Shown here piece by piece: positions 12,960 through 26,052 of a stretch of 64,000 nucleotides of DNA (within the stretch, counting starts at the first letter, position 1; each line of letters starts with the position of its first letter). Under the pieces are notes generated by a model. The model saw nothing but the letters and a program-made list of their open reading frames with translations. It searched no databases and was not told where the DNA came from. A program made the position numbers and the translations under genes. Where the stretch lies: positions 20,112,560-20,176,559 of the forward strand of contig NC_134027.1 of NCBI RefSeq assembly GCF_964204645.1. The letters are read 5' to 3'. This DNA comes from Tubulanus polymorphus (Eukaryota > Animalia > Nemertea).

Positions 12960-13490
12960 AGATGAATTAGTACATTTTAGTACAGATGAATTATTCTCTG
13001 ACGAAAAAGACTATTCAGATGATAATTTGATTCCAAAAGCAAACACTCATTCATCAGATACGTCATCCAACTCCAGTCCCGAGCCGAGAGAGGAGATAAG
13101 TTTGTCTGTGAGAAAGAAAAAAAAAGTTGTGAAGAAACGTACCCCACCACTGCCACACTTTGAAATTCCATCGCGCGAATCCCATGACTGTCCGGTCAGG
13201 GACTGCTCTTCTCGAGTGAAGCAAATAAGCAGGCACATGAAAACCGTACATAAGTGGTCGTCATACCAGGCCGCAAATTGACTGTTAGTATTCATACAAT
13301 ATGGAAGTTGTATCCTAGACAAACCAACCCAAACTCGATGTAATTGAATTTTCTTTTAAGGTGAATTTAGCCAACGTACCTGTCGAAACGAATAGATGAC
13401 AATGGGGCACAAAAGCCTAAATCCTGCACCTGCCGTTATTGCTGTGTAATGTTTGTGCGGGCAGACCGCCACGAAAAGAAATGTAGATTC
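12960..13490 (+). pseudogene. Degraded zinc-finger ORF, probably TE-derived
   Basis: Acidic/basic linker, then CPVRDC..VKQISRHMKTVHKW (C2H2), and a second CRYC...RHEKKC near 13430. Confidence 0.4.
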
Positions 13491-13548
13491 GGTCAGTTCA
13501 TGTGTTCTTTGTTTTTCAGCTAGCTATTATAATAATATAATCTAATGA

Positions 13549-16280
13549 CAGACCCTCCAACCCTTCCGATTTATCCGGAATCGTTACGTATTTTTGAACC
13601 AATATCCGCACTCCGTTTGCCGGTGGAAAAATTCCGGAAATTTCGTGAGTGAAGATCGACAGGCGATACTGGACCGTAAAAAGCGTCCTGAGCCGTAAAA
13701 GCGCTCATTTATAGTATCCCTGCCGTACATAAAGAAAATTGATTGTCTATCTGAAATCAGCGTCAAAGTTTGTGAAATGCATATTATATACATACAGCAC
13801 TAGCATCGTATTGATTTTTCCTATCTAACGGCGCGAGTCTGATGGGAAAAACCCCAGTACCAAGTAGTCTATATTTACCTGAATCAAACATGCTCGCTAC
13901 AGCGTTTTTTAATTCTCTCGTCCTTTGCGACTACTTCGCGGAGATTGCGTATTTAAATGAAAATAGCGTTAAATTATCGCATTTAACTATTAGTGACGAT
14001 ACTTGAAAAATTTTGAAAATCAATCGATTTGCAATGGGCTTACTCGATATCGGTTTCACGCGATCCTCAGTGCGTCCACTTTATGTGTTGTGTACGGCGC
14101 CGGACCTACCGCGCCATTTCATTTGCGTTTCACTCTTATCGTAGCGGCTCTAACTTCTTGGTCAAGGATCTGCATTTTTAATCGTAAGTAAGCAATGTGC
14201 CTTGTTTATTAATTAATCAGAGAGTAAGTTGATCATGCTACATTACGATATCTTCCGCCGATTTTATCGAAGAAATTTTGAACGTTCTCCTGTCACTAGA
14301 TTTAAACCAATCCAATTAAATAAAATTTTATTATATCGTCAATTTATCATGATTAAGTACTTCATTCAACGTGTATGGGTAGAACAATATGTTCAATCAT
14401 GTGATTTTCACTAATCATTCCCTACTGAATTAAATTTGAGATGTCACGTAATAGTTTGAAAAAAGAATATTTATAGCTTGCCAAAGCCTTCGATACAATG
14501 TTCCTTTCATAGGGATCCTACAATTTACAAGCTATTGTTACTCATATATTTTCAGGAAATGGATAACGGGGAGAGCAGTGATTCTGATGTGGAAATCCCG
14601 AAGAAAAAAGCAAAGACAACATCAAGGGCTTATCAAAAATATTTGGTGGAATATAGTGTTCTCTTCCCTGATGTGACGCATTCGAAGACGAAAGATAAAC
14701 ACTTTGCATATTGCAAAGTGTGCAAAACCGATTTTTCTATCAAGCATGGAGGAAGAGATGACTGTCGCTGTCATTGTCAGTCAGAAAAGTATAAGGACTA
14801 CAAACGAATATTATCTTCTAACCATAATTTATTCGCGACAGGATTCAGCGCTGTGGATACGAATGATAGTGATCTAACTCGCATTGTAAATGCGGAACTT
14901 CTGTTTTTATCTTTTTTGATTGAACATAATCTGCCATTTTCGATCATGGACCACGTAAACCATTTAATGAAAAAAATGTTTCCAGACTCAAAGATAGCTA
15001 AAAAATTTAGCTGTGGGCACACGAAAGGACATAATGTTATCGAAGCTATGGCTAAGGACTCTGTGACAAAGGCAATCGATGCTTTGAAAGTGGCGCAAAC
15101 ATTTACCCTCGTCTGGGATGGTAGTGATGAGGGGGATGATAAATTATATCCAGTTATTTTACGGTTTGTGAATCCGAACGCCTTGGTACGTAGTGTTTTG
15201 ATATCTATTCCGTGTATAAACGACCTGAGTTCTGGAGAAAATATCTACAAAATGTTGGACAAAGAACTACAGAAATTTGATCTCGAATGGAAGAACTGTT
15301 TAGCTTTTTGTTCAGACAATTGTAATGTAATGACTGGAAGCAAGAAAGGCGTAATTGCTTATATACGAAAGCAAAATGAAAACGTTTATTTATCAGGGTG
15401 TCCTTGTCACCTGATACATCTGGCTGCTGAAAAGGGAGCAAAGGCATTTAGTCTTCTCAGTATCGAGGAACTGCTTGTTGACATTTTCTATTATCTTGAT
15501 AAGAGCACCAAAAGAAAAAATAGCCTAAATGAATTCCAAAAGATTTGTGGCAAAGAAGAAATGAAGATAATAAAACATGGGGCAACACGGTGGCTTTCTT
15601 TGGAGAAAGCTCTCACACGTCTGCTTGAGCAATGGATACCATTGCGTAAATTTTTTGTAGAAGAATGCAAGGACCACCCAGATGCATCATCAAGGTAATT
15701 CGATCATGTTAGACTCTAGGTAGAAATCCACATTTTACATAAAAAGATGGATGTGATGAATGAAATAGGTTTTAAAAAAAACTTAATGCAAACTAGGCAA
15801 GAGTCTTTTCTTGTGTCTTGTAATAATAATTGAAGACTCTTGCATGGTTTGCATTCAGTTTTTTTCAAACTTACTTTAGAAACATCCTTCCCTGATTGAC
15901 CTAACGTTTCTGACGGAAATTTGATACTTCTATTTTCAGTGATCGGAAAGTACGGGCTAAAAAAAACTGAATTCATCATTAACCCGATTGGTCTGCTATT
16001 TCCTTCAAAGTGTGCTTCCAGTTTTTAATCAGGCTAATGTCTTGCTGCACTCCGAAAAGCCGATAAGCCAACCCTCATGGGTCTATTGCGGAAGTTACTT
16101 ATCCGGTTTATGAAACCAAGTGCCATGTCATCGTGCTCTGAACTCGATGTCAAGTATGCTCTTAGTTATAATATTCTATCCGACAAAGACATAATGATTG
16201 GTAGTAGTGCATTGGAGTACATGTCACAGTCAAAAGGACTGAGTGATGATGACAAAAAAAAGTTCTATGTAATTGCTGAT
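13549..16280 (+). mobile_element. hAT DNA transposon, 3'-truncated
   Basis: hAT-like left terminus CAGACCCTCCAACC at 13549 and a spliced transposase. No matching right TIR found. Confidence 0.85.
14559..16270 (+). pseudogene. hAT transposase (exon 14559-15694, intron 15695-15939, degraded exon from 15940)
   Basis: BED-like C..C...H finger, HNLPFS, WDGS, SDN, CPCH and TRWLS motifs, GT-AG intron. The C-terminal dimerisation domain is absent. Confidence 0.85.
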
Positions 16281-16639
16281 GTAAGTATAGTGTAAATTAG
16301 GTACTGACTTATCCCAGGTCCTTCAAATGATGAACTATTTTCAGAGCCCCTTAGAATCATTCCAACAGCAGGCCGTTGTGCAACATTTGGAGAAGTCGCT
16401 AACCCATTGAAGAAAATTGCTCAATAGAACAAAAGAAATCCATATTTTCCGAACTGTACAGCGACTACATGCTTCTTTCATATGAGCCAATGCATCTGGC
16501 ACCAAGCTCAACTCAATGAACTGGTGGTTCGCTAGTCCTCTCGGACTGCCCTTGAATTCGCTTACCTCAGAAAAAAATTGAATGATCCCATGCAAAGTTT
16601 ATTGTATTTCATTGAATTTGAGCTTGCCTGGTTTGAGCT

Positions 16640-17150
16640 TGCCTGGTTTCCTGGGGATGGTACAATATCTAGGCAAGTTTATGCCAAATAAGTCAGAAAT
16701 AAATGAACCACTGCGACGATAAACTGTGATGTGGCATTGGGATCTGTTGCAAGAACAAATGGAGCTCTGGTATTATGTTCGATGACAGCGAACCCGTTGT
16801 TATTTCTGTTAATGCACCAGCAAATAGGGAGTTGAGCAAACAACCAAGAAACTGCTGGAACTACCTGATCGAGACCTCATAAAGTCCCTTGGCAAGCCTG
16901 ATAGTGTTGGCTAAGAAAGCAGATAGGTCACTCTGTTAATGCTGCGATTACTGCCTCCTTAATGTATATACAAACCGTGATACCCATCCACTAAAAAGAA
17001 ATGACAGTACCCTCAAATCATTGGCTGGTAGTAGATGGTTCTCAAACCTTCATATGACAAGTGGTTATTGACAAGTTCCAATCAAGGAAGAGGACCAACC
17101 CAGAGTATGTGGAATGGATTTTGGCTGCAAGATGACACCTATGGCTAAGT
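16640..17150 (+). pseudogene. Scrambled Gypsy pol (RT/RNase H) fragments
   Basis: FLGMVQYLGKFMPN.SE..EPLR and SGY*QVPIKEED motifs. Confidence 0.65.
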
Positions 17151-18401
17151 GATTTTGGAAGACCATCACTCATGTTGTAAATGTGTTCGAATGCTTCATA
17201 ATATCATCTTGATATCTACGAAAAAAAATGGATTCCATGATCACGGCAGAAAAATCATTTTTTTCAGTGACAAAATAGAATTATGTGAGATAATGATGAT
17301 AAGTATCGACTGCAAACCAGGTTATATAGTTTGCGGTAATTCTAAAATGACTACATATTTCGGAAGTGAAACTGATGAAATGCTGCAAGAAAGGTGTCTG
17401 TTCAACATGTTACGATAAAAGTGATGGACCTAACTTGAATATTTTCAACTGTCCAATGGACGATTGCTCAACTACTCATAAGCTGATGAATGGGATATGA
17501 ACAACAATGTGCCATAGTTGTAAAGATTGGAAGTCGCGAAATGTGCATCAGTCTAGTACTGTCGAAACTTTTTGTGCGGACTGTAAAGATTTTCTCTAAG
17601 AAACGACTGATTTCCCGATGTGTATCAAGTGTTGATCACATATTTGCTACATCAAATTATGTGTGATATGTATGGAACATTGAAAAAGGAGTTGTGGATG
17701 TGTTTATTCACGAAGAAGGGTTTCAATAACAAGAATTGGAAATGCATTAAATGTAAAAAAGTATTCTTATAATCCTTGAATTGAGAGGAAGTTCCGCTAA
17801 TGTGCATTTGCGCATGTTGCTATACATCATTTCCATGAAATTCGTGGATAAATCCTGTCAATATTGCTCTGGAAATTTCCTTTTATGGAGCCATAAATAA
17901 TGAATAAGTGAAGTCGGCCGCTGATTGGCTCATCGGAAAGTACCGACACCCTGAGCATCTTTGTAGATATTCGTGAGTCGCCACTGATTGGCTCTTTTCC
18001 CAATATCCGGTTTTTACTTCCAGGTTTATAATCATCGCGATAAAGATATATTTGCATTACAAAAGCTACAAGTCTTTGTTATGTCCATGTATGTGGAATG
18101 TATATAATCTCCATGGTATTCTATCTTGTATATCCATATTTCTCTGTTAAACTGTCTGTATAACTTCTATATATAATGTGTGCTAAGAACCACTGAACTG
18201 TACTGTCTGTTCACAGTCACGGTCTTCAATATAAATATCTGGTTTTGTGAACATGCAGGCAGTTCGAGAGTTACGGCCAGACCAGTACTACGTAAAATAA
18301 ATTGCTGTTATCTGAAATGTGGAAGTCGTTGGTCTTTAATACTTGACTTCGAGGAATTCGCAACAAGATTTCCAGAGGATTCTCAATTGGTCGTAACAAA
18401 A

Positions 18402-18414
18402 TGGGGGCTCGTCC
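18402..18414 (+). other. Primer binding site complementary to the tRNA-Pro 3' end
   Basis: TGGGGGCTCGTCC, 3 nt after the LTR-terminal CA. Confidence 0.85.
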
Positions 18415-18550
18415 TTACTGAACGTCGGCAAATATCATTCAGCATACGTAGTACTGGTTCTCGACTCCGGATGAAGTCTTCGTCTTTCTATTAAGGTACC
18501 GTGTGAAATTTATTGTTTTGTGCCTTATTTGACTTCATCCGTTATTCATC

Positions 18551-21500
18551 ATGTCGTCAGTGGAAGAATTTCTGAAGTCACCGTCGAGTGAATATTTGGA
18601 TAGACTCAGAAAAACTGATCTCATGTCTGTTGCCGAACATTATGATGTTTCGTGTAAAATGTCAATGAAGAAAGATGAAATTAAACATATTATTGCCAGT
18701 TATTTGGTTGCGAAGGGTATATTCAAAGATTCGGAATGCAAGCCTATTTCAGAAAATACAGAGATTCGTGAATTGGAACTGCAATACGAGACACGCCTGA
18801 AACTTCGTTTGAAAGAAATGGAACTGGAGTACGACCTGCGTCTGAAAGAACTTGAATTTAATAGCAACCGTCATCGAGACACGGACTTCGACGTTACGAA
18901 ACACATCCGTCTGGTACCTGCATTCAATGAAATAGATAAGTACTTTTTATTATTCGAAAAAGTCGCGGTAAGCCTTAATTGGCAAAAGCAATTTTGGCCA
19001 CTCTTATTGCAAAGCGTTTTAGTCGGTAAAGCTAAAAATGCTTATTCTTCTTTGTCACCGGAAGATAGTGCTAACTATGAAACCGTTAAACAGTCAATTT
19101 TGCGTGCGTATGAATTAGTTCCTGAAGCATATCAGCAAAAATTTCGAAACCGAAAGAAAGATGAAAACGAAACTAACGTTGGGTTTGCACGTGAAAAAGA
19201 GGTGCTTTTCGACCGTTGGTGTGATTCAAAATCGGTTAATCGTGATCATGAAAGTTTACGTCAAGTTATCTTATTAGAAGAATTCAAACGTTGCATTTTT
19301 CCTAGTTTACATACGTATTTAGATGAACGGAAAATTGATAATCTATCAGAAGCAGCTAAATCATCTGATGAATATTCATTGATTCATAAAGTTAATAAAA
19401 ATCAACAATTCAAACCTAAAGTTCAAACGGTTGATAATTCTACAGTTAGAAAGGATGTAAATAAATCCATTGTGTGTCACTACTGTAAAAAGCAAGGTCA
19501 TATTATGTCTAAGTGCTTTAAGCTACAAAACAAACGTGAAAATGAGAAAACTTATAGTACATCTTCACCTCAGTCTGGTTCCGTTCTCACTACAACACTA
19601 CAATTTCAAAGTAAACCTGAAATGCATTCTACTTCGGTTAAGTTGTATGATCCTTTTGTTTCTGACTGTACGGTATCTATTGATTCATCTCCGTCAGTGA
19701 GTGTTAAAATGCTTAGAGATACTGGTTCATCGCAAAGTCTTATTCTAGAAAATACGTTGCCATTGTCTGATAAAACATATACAGGTAGAGATGTCTTAAT
19801 TAAGGGTGTAGGCAATGAAGTTCTGAGTATACCATTACATAAAGTTCATTTAAATTCGGCAATAATTAATGGATCTTTCGTTGTTGGGGTCTGTACTTCT
19901 ATACCGGTAAAAGATATAAAATTCTTACTTGGTAATGATATTGCTGGAGGAGAGGTTAACTTAAATCCAGTTGTTAGCTTGATCCCAAACTGTGACGAGG
20001 CGACAGAGAATTTGAATGAAATAACGCCAGGATTATTTCCTGCTTGTGTAATGACTCGTAGTAGGTCTAAATCTTTGGAAACAGAAATCTCTGAATTGTC
20101 TGGTGATAGTGCTGAAAATTTAGCAGTTGATTTAGATAAAACGTTTCTTCAGAAAATATTTGAAAATTCTGCTTGTGATATACCTGACTGTAATTTGTTG
20201 TCTAAAGATAATTTGGTTGTTTTACAGTCGTCTGATCAGAGTTTGACAAATATCATGAATAGTGCTGTTGATTCAAAAGAACAACTTCTAGATAGTTCTA
20301 CTGGTTATTTCTATCAGTCCGGTATATTGATGCGTAAGTGGCGACCGCCTACGGCGCCTGCTAATAACGATTGGCAAACAGTTTATCAAATTGTAATACC
20401 TGTTGAATATCGTTCTGATATATTACATTTTGCGCATGAAACTCCATTAGGAGGTCATCTGGGCGTCAATAAGACGTATAGTAAGATTTTGAGACATTTC
20501 TTTTGGCCTGGGTTGAAAAGCTCAGTAGTGAAATTCTGTCAAACTTGTCATGATTGTCAAGTGAGTGGAAAGGGGAAGTCAGGAATTCCATCTGCTCCTT
20601 TAATACCAATTCCGGCCATTGGTGAACCATTTTCAGAGATAATTTGTGATTGTGTAGGGCCTTTACCGAAAACGAAATCGGGTAATCAATACTTTTAATC
20701 AATCCAATTTTATGTCTGGCATTTTCCAACAGGTTATGTTTCAGCTAGGTATATCGCAAAGCAAGTCTAGTCCTTATCACCCCGAATCACAAGGAGCTCT
20801 TGAGAGATTTCACCAGATTTTAAAGTCTATGTTAAGAGTATATTGTAATGAGAACGGAAAGGATTGGGATGAAGGGGTGCATTTATTACTTTTTGCGACG
20901 AGAGAGTCGGTACAGGAGTCTCTGGGTTTTTCGCCCTTCGAATTAGTATTTGGACATCAAGTGAGAGGAGTGCTAAAACTTCTTAAAGATCATTGGTTGT
21001 CGGATGTAAAGGATATTCCTTTATTAAAGTATGTATCTGATTTCAAATCTAGACTACATAACGCGTGGAAATGTGCTCGTGAAAATCTTGCAGAAGCACA
21101 AATTCAGATGAAACATTGGTATAAGAAATCTAGAAATCGAAAATTCAACTGTGGTGATAAAGTTTTAGTACTCTTCCCTATTCGGACCGATTCATTGACT
21201 GGTAAATTCCACGGTCCGTACATAGTTCAAAAGCGATTAAATGATGTTGACTATCTAATACAAACTCCTGCCGAAAAGAATTGCAATTGTGTCATATAAA
21301 TATGCTTAAACCGTATGATGAGAAAGTGGAATCTTGCATGTCTTTAAACCGACCGTTAGTCTCAGAATCGTATTCTAGTGTTCAAACTGTAAATAGTTTA
21401 GATGAAATTGATGATGATTGTTGTGAATTTGATAACTATTTGGACCGTTCTAGTTCGGGTAGTAACAATGTTAAGGAAACTGTAACTAGTGATAATTTTC

Positions 21501-21760
21501 TTGAAAAGATTAGTTGTCATTTGGAGCATTTAGAATCTGACGAAAAGGCTCAATTAACTCATTTACTAATTGGGTATAAACATTTGTTCACAGAAAAACC
21601 TGGTTTAACTGATCTCCTTAAACATGATGTTGATGTTGGTAATTCTCGTCCTGTTAAACAACATCATTACCGTCTAAATCCTGAAAGAGCAGAAATCATG
21701 AAGGAAGAAGTGATCGAAATGCTGAAATTAGGAGTAGCAGAACCTAGCGACAGTCAATTG
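18551..21760 (+). pseudogene. Gmr1-type gag-pol polyprotein (SCAN-like capsid, CCHC knuckle, aspartic protease, integrase, RT start)
   Basis: CHYCKKQGHIMSKC, LRDTGS, HETPLGGHLG..C..C, DCVGPLP, YHPESQGALER and HDVDVG..PVKQHHYR. Deletion in the integrase core near 20700, frameshifts, and most of RT missing. Confidence 0.9.
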
Positions 21761-22029
21761 GTCGTAACAGTCTTCAGTTGTAAAGCGATATATTATTTGA
21801 TCAACATACCAATTGTGAAGAAAAATACGAAAGCCACTAGGAATGTCATGGAATTGCATGACGGCAACAGTGAGGCCTGCTCCGGTGGAGAAAAGCGATA
21901 AGCGATGTGATAACACAACTAATTATAACCACTGTAATATATCCCCACAGTCACAAAATGTTGGCCCCTCAAAATCAACAACCCACCCAACAACAACCAG
22001 CAAAAAATTCTTAAAAGATCAAACAATAC

Positions 22030-22990
22030 GTTGTGACCAGACATGAACAAACCATTTCTCTTGGCCATAGACGCCAGTGGTTTTGCCTTGGGTTATATTC
22101 TGATTCAGAAGACGGAGGGCGGCGGCAAAAACGGGACACTGCCATCCAAACTTCAAATCATTTGTTGACACTGTACCGGGGTATTGATTCACTTATTCAT
22201 GGGACACTTTCTAGTGACCTTATTGAACCTGCTGCTCTTCATTCTGTTTTACAGGAGACCGAGTCATTTCTTAGGGTTTCAGGTTCCCGTATGTTTTTCG
22301 TGGGAAAGGATCTTCGCTATTATTACCTGGCTTCTACATTCAGTTATTCCTGGATTGGTAAATTCTATTCTAATTAACCTGAAAATTACCGCCGCTGTCG
22401 GTTCTTGCTACTCTGTATCGGGTATCTGCATTTCCATTAAAGTTACATAAAAAGCTCTCATGTTTCTCGCTAATAAATATACCTTGATACCTGGTAGTTA
22501 CGACAGGTAGGCAATTTTACTCAGAGTTGGATTCTGTAGATTTTGATACGTGTTTTCATATACCTGATCGCCAATGTATTCAAAAGCTGTCCCTAGTCTC
22601 GGCGAATCATCTTTTCTGTTCTATGGATAAATATTTAGATTATGCCAAGGTTGCTAATAAATTGTGCAAGTACGATGTTCTGACATATGAGCTACGGACT
22701 ATCATGAACATTGGAAGAGATAAACTGTTACTTTCTAAAATCCATCAATTCATCGTTCATTGTGAAGGGAATTCGGAATCCATTTGATCTTGGGTCCTGT
22801 GTTGTTGGCAGGCATTGTGGGTGTAGTATGGCAGTGGGATATCTCTACGTTGGCCCTCAATTACATAACTGTAGGAATAATAAGGATGCTTTGATCATTC
22901 TATATCCCATTAATCTTTCACTTTTACAACATTTCTTTCAACCTGATATATCTCTTCATTTATTGGGAAATCAGCTATCAAACAGATCTA
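22030..22990 (+). pseudogene. Gypsy RNase H scrap followed by an env-like (F-type fusion glycoprotein) fragment
   Basis: PDMNKPFLLAIDASGFALGYIL, then IDSLIHGTLSSDLIEPAAL..VL, YYY, a Cys-rich C.C tract and YPINLSLLQHFF. A possible transmembrane continuation lies after the piggyBac (~26275-26440). Confidence 0.6.
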
Positions 22991-23581
22991 TTAACCCTGG
23001 GTAGCCCTGTGGGTCACATGTGACCCACCTCATTTGGATACCCCTGGGAACTTGAGATGTTTATTTTCCATTAATTTTACTATTTTTACTGAACCTACAA
23101 CCCGATGTTCCACATATGACCCAATGGTAGCAAGATTGTGGCGACATCTTGTAACAACTTTGTTCATTACCAATATGGCAGCGCCCATGAATTGAAAATT
23201 GGATGGTCAGACCAGTTTGTGTTCGACAATTTTTACTCAAATAAGGTATGTAAAGCTTATTTACAAGTGATAATTCGAAAAACTAAATTATAAAGAATGT
23301 CTAGCAACAGTGACAGTTCTGATTTACACATCCGTGTGTTCAAACAAACCGGTGCTTTTTGGTGGGGTCATATGTGACCCACTGGGATGAAATGTCAACC
23401 TTAGTCATGGTGATATGAAAATAAAAATCTTCATAAATTTATTCAAGATTTTCTTCCAAGGGATTGTATCAATAAATCATCTAACTTAAATGAATTTCAG
23501 CATTATCAGAAAACATTTATGATTAAATTACTGATCTTATTTTTCAGATTCTGACATCCATTGTCATCGACATCAAATACA

Positions 23582-26052
23582 ATGGAAGGTCGGGGTAAAT
23601 GTATGAGTCTGAACCAAATAATTGATGCGGTTACAGCGGATGACAGTGATATTGGGGATGATGAACAGAGTGATGATGATGAATTCCCAGACCCCGATGA
23701 TTACTACTATGAAGACATGCAACCTGCTGCTTCACAACAAAGCGATGACGATGAATTTCCAGGTGATGAAAATGAAAGTGATGAAAATGAAAGTGAAGGC
23801 TTTGATTTTGATGATGAAAATTCCATTGGCTCAGATGGCTGGAGTTGGTCAGGGTATAAATCGGCGGTATATTTGGTCAAAGTCTAATTTTGTTGTACCT
23901 GTTGTGAACTTTACTGGGACAAATATTGAACCGACAGATCCAACAGGAGTAACTGAAACTCTGTTAGAGTATTTTCGTTGCTTTTTCACTTCAGACATGA
24001 TAAAATTGATTGTAGACGATATAAACTTGTATAGCTCTCAGAAAATAGGAGCTGATAGATGTATCAACACTAATGAGAAGGAAATCAAACTTTTACTTGG
24101 GATTTATATGCGTATGGGCTTAGTACAAATGAACAGTATCCATATATACTGGCACACCTACATCCGTTATCCCCAAGTATCCATGTTATGCCCAAGAATC
24201 GGTTTTTAAATTCAATTGCATATATTCACTTTGTAGATAACCATGCCGTGTGCGATGATGATAAGAAGGACAAGCTGTGGAAGCTTCGTCCATTGATAAA
24301 TATGTTTAGGGATTGTTGCCGCCGTCTGGTTACTCCTCCCCAGCAGCTATCGATTGATGAGCAAATGGTGCCCTATAAGGGCAAGTTCAGTGGTATGAGG
24401 CAATATATCAAAAATAAACCACACCCTTGGGGGTTTAAAATCTGGTGTAGGTGTGACAACACTGGACGTATCGGCCCCACTCCGCGCGGTTGCGCCACCG
24501 CGCGGGATTTACGCGAAGCAGCAAACACAAACATGGCCACTCTCTCAATTTTCAATGTTAGAAATCGTGTGTGCATTTCAATTATTTCGGCTGTAAGGGC
24601 TTTAAGGCACAATATAAGTTGATGATGTGATATGGCGATGTTAATTAATGATAATTCCGCAGTGAAGCTAGTCACGAACGGTGCCGATTGAGTGTACAGC
24701 TACCAAAAACACTGAAATGTGCGTAGTTGCGTAACTATTTGCAGTGAATTGCAGACGAAACATGAAGCCTTAACGGCCGATTAAAAAAAAATTATACCAA
24801 TCGCAATTGTAAAATAAAAATGAGATAGAACCTAAGTTAAAATTCTGGCTATTTCTAAAATGTTATTACTAATTTTTAGTCAGTGCCGAACGTTTAGTTT
24901 TCCAACAATAATGAGGGGTGGTAGGTAGTCATGCAATTCAAGTCATCATTTATTACACGTTACTTCCGTGTTGTTGAAAATCTCGCGAGTCCTGGACCAA
25001 ACCCCATTGAACAATGTGATCTGTGTGCTGGCCACAAATGCACACAGATCGCACTACACTACCCATTACACACTCCAGTACCGACAGCTTTCATCCAAAT
25101 ATTTAGAGTGTCTTTCTTCCTGGTTTCTGCTATGATTTTGAGGTATATCAAGGGAAAGGCACTGAGAAAGGTGATGATTATGATCAGAAACTCGGTATAG
25201 CTGGTAACATTGTGATGAAACTGTGTCAAACCTTGTCAAAAAATTGTGGATGTAAAATTTTTGCAGATAATTTGTTCTCCTCCGTACAACTGGCTACAAA
25301 ACTCCTGACTTCTGGGTCACACCGGTACAGCAAGGGCAAATAGACTTGGCAATTGCCCTTTGCCTTCCGAGAAAGAATTGAAAGCGAAGGGGCGTGGAAG
25401 TCATAGTTTTCGTGTGGAGAATACCGAGAAAGTGATGTGTCTAGGCTGGCAAGACACAAAGTCTGTAACATTTATTACAACCTGTTCCAGTATTGAGCCT
25501 ATTGAGGCAGCTCGTAGGTGGGACAAAGCCAGGAATGATTTTCGTGATGTCAATAGGCCGTTTCTTGTGAAGGAATATAATTCTTTTATGGGAGGGGTTG
25601 ATATTTTAGATGCCTATTTAGCACACAGTAAATTTAGGTTTCGAACCCGTAGGTGGTATACTATTTTATTCTGGCATTTTGTCAGTGTTGCGGTCATTAA
25701 TGCCTGGTTACTTTATAAACGTGACTCCAGATTGCATAACACACCGGAAAAGTATATTCTCAGGCTTAGGCAGTTTCAAGCAGAAATCGCACATGGCCTA
25801 GTTGAAGTTGGAATGCGAAGGAAGCATGGTCGGCTATCTACTGCTTCCCCTGTACCTACGAAGATGGTACGCATCGAACCTAGCTTAGATGGAAGATACG
25901 ATCAATTAGCCCATTGGCCACAGAAAGCAGAAAAACGGCGTCGCTGCGCTATCTGCAGTGTGAATACCGATACCATATGTGAAATATGTAACATTCCCCT
26001 ATGCTTCAATGAGCGCAGAAATTGTTACAAAGAGTATCATGTTCGAATATGA
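23582..26052 (+). pseudogene. piggyBac transposase 1 with frameshifts and a ~655 bp insertion
   Basis: Acidic N-terminus, SIDEQMVPYKG, KPHPWGFK, ADNLFSS, YNSFMGGVD and a C-terminal Cys-rich domain. Confidence 0.9.
24462..25123. mobile_element. CCAG/CTGG-bounded TIR-less element, copy 2 (uninterrupted)
   Basis: Removing it and leaving one CTGG restores the transposase frame CDNTG-FCYDFEVYQGK. Hairpins at 24482-24505 and 25015-25053. Confidence 0.9.

Larger units (their letters stand above)
17830..21769 (+). mobile_element. Gmr1-like Gypsy LTR retrotransposon (gag-PR-IN-RT order), deleted
   Basis: 5' LTR ends TCAATTGGTCGTAACA at 18398, followed by a tRNA-Pro PBS. Integrase precedes RT. The same 16-bp LTR end reappears at 21754-21769. 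The 5' boundary is approximate. Confidence 0.9.

Noticed and set aside
17408-17415. TGTTACGA as the start of the Gmr1 5' LTR
   Set aside because: It is the inverse of the LTR end, but its flank (CAACA) does not match the 3' flank (GTCTT), so there is no TSD support.
22120-22134. RRQKR as the env furin cleavage site
   Set aside because: The same bases read GYILIQKTEGGGK in the RNase H frame, so it is probably an off-frame coincidence at a deletion junction.
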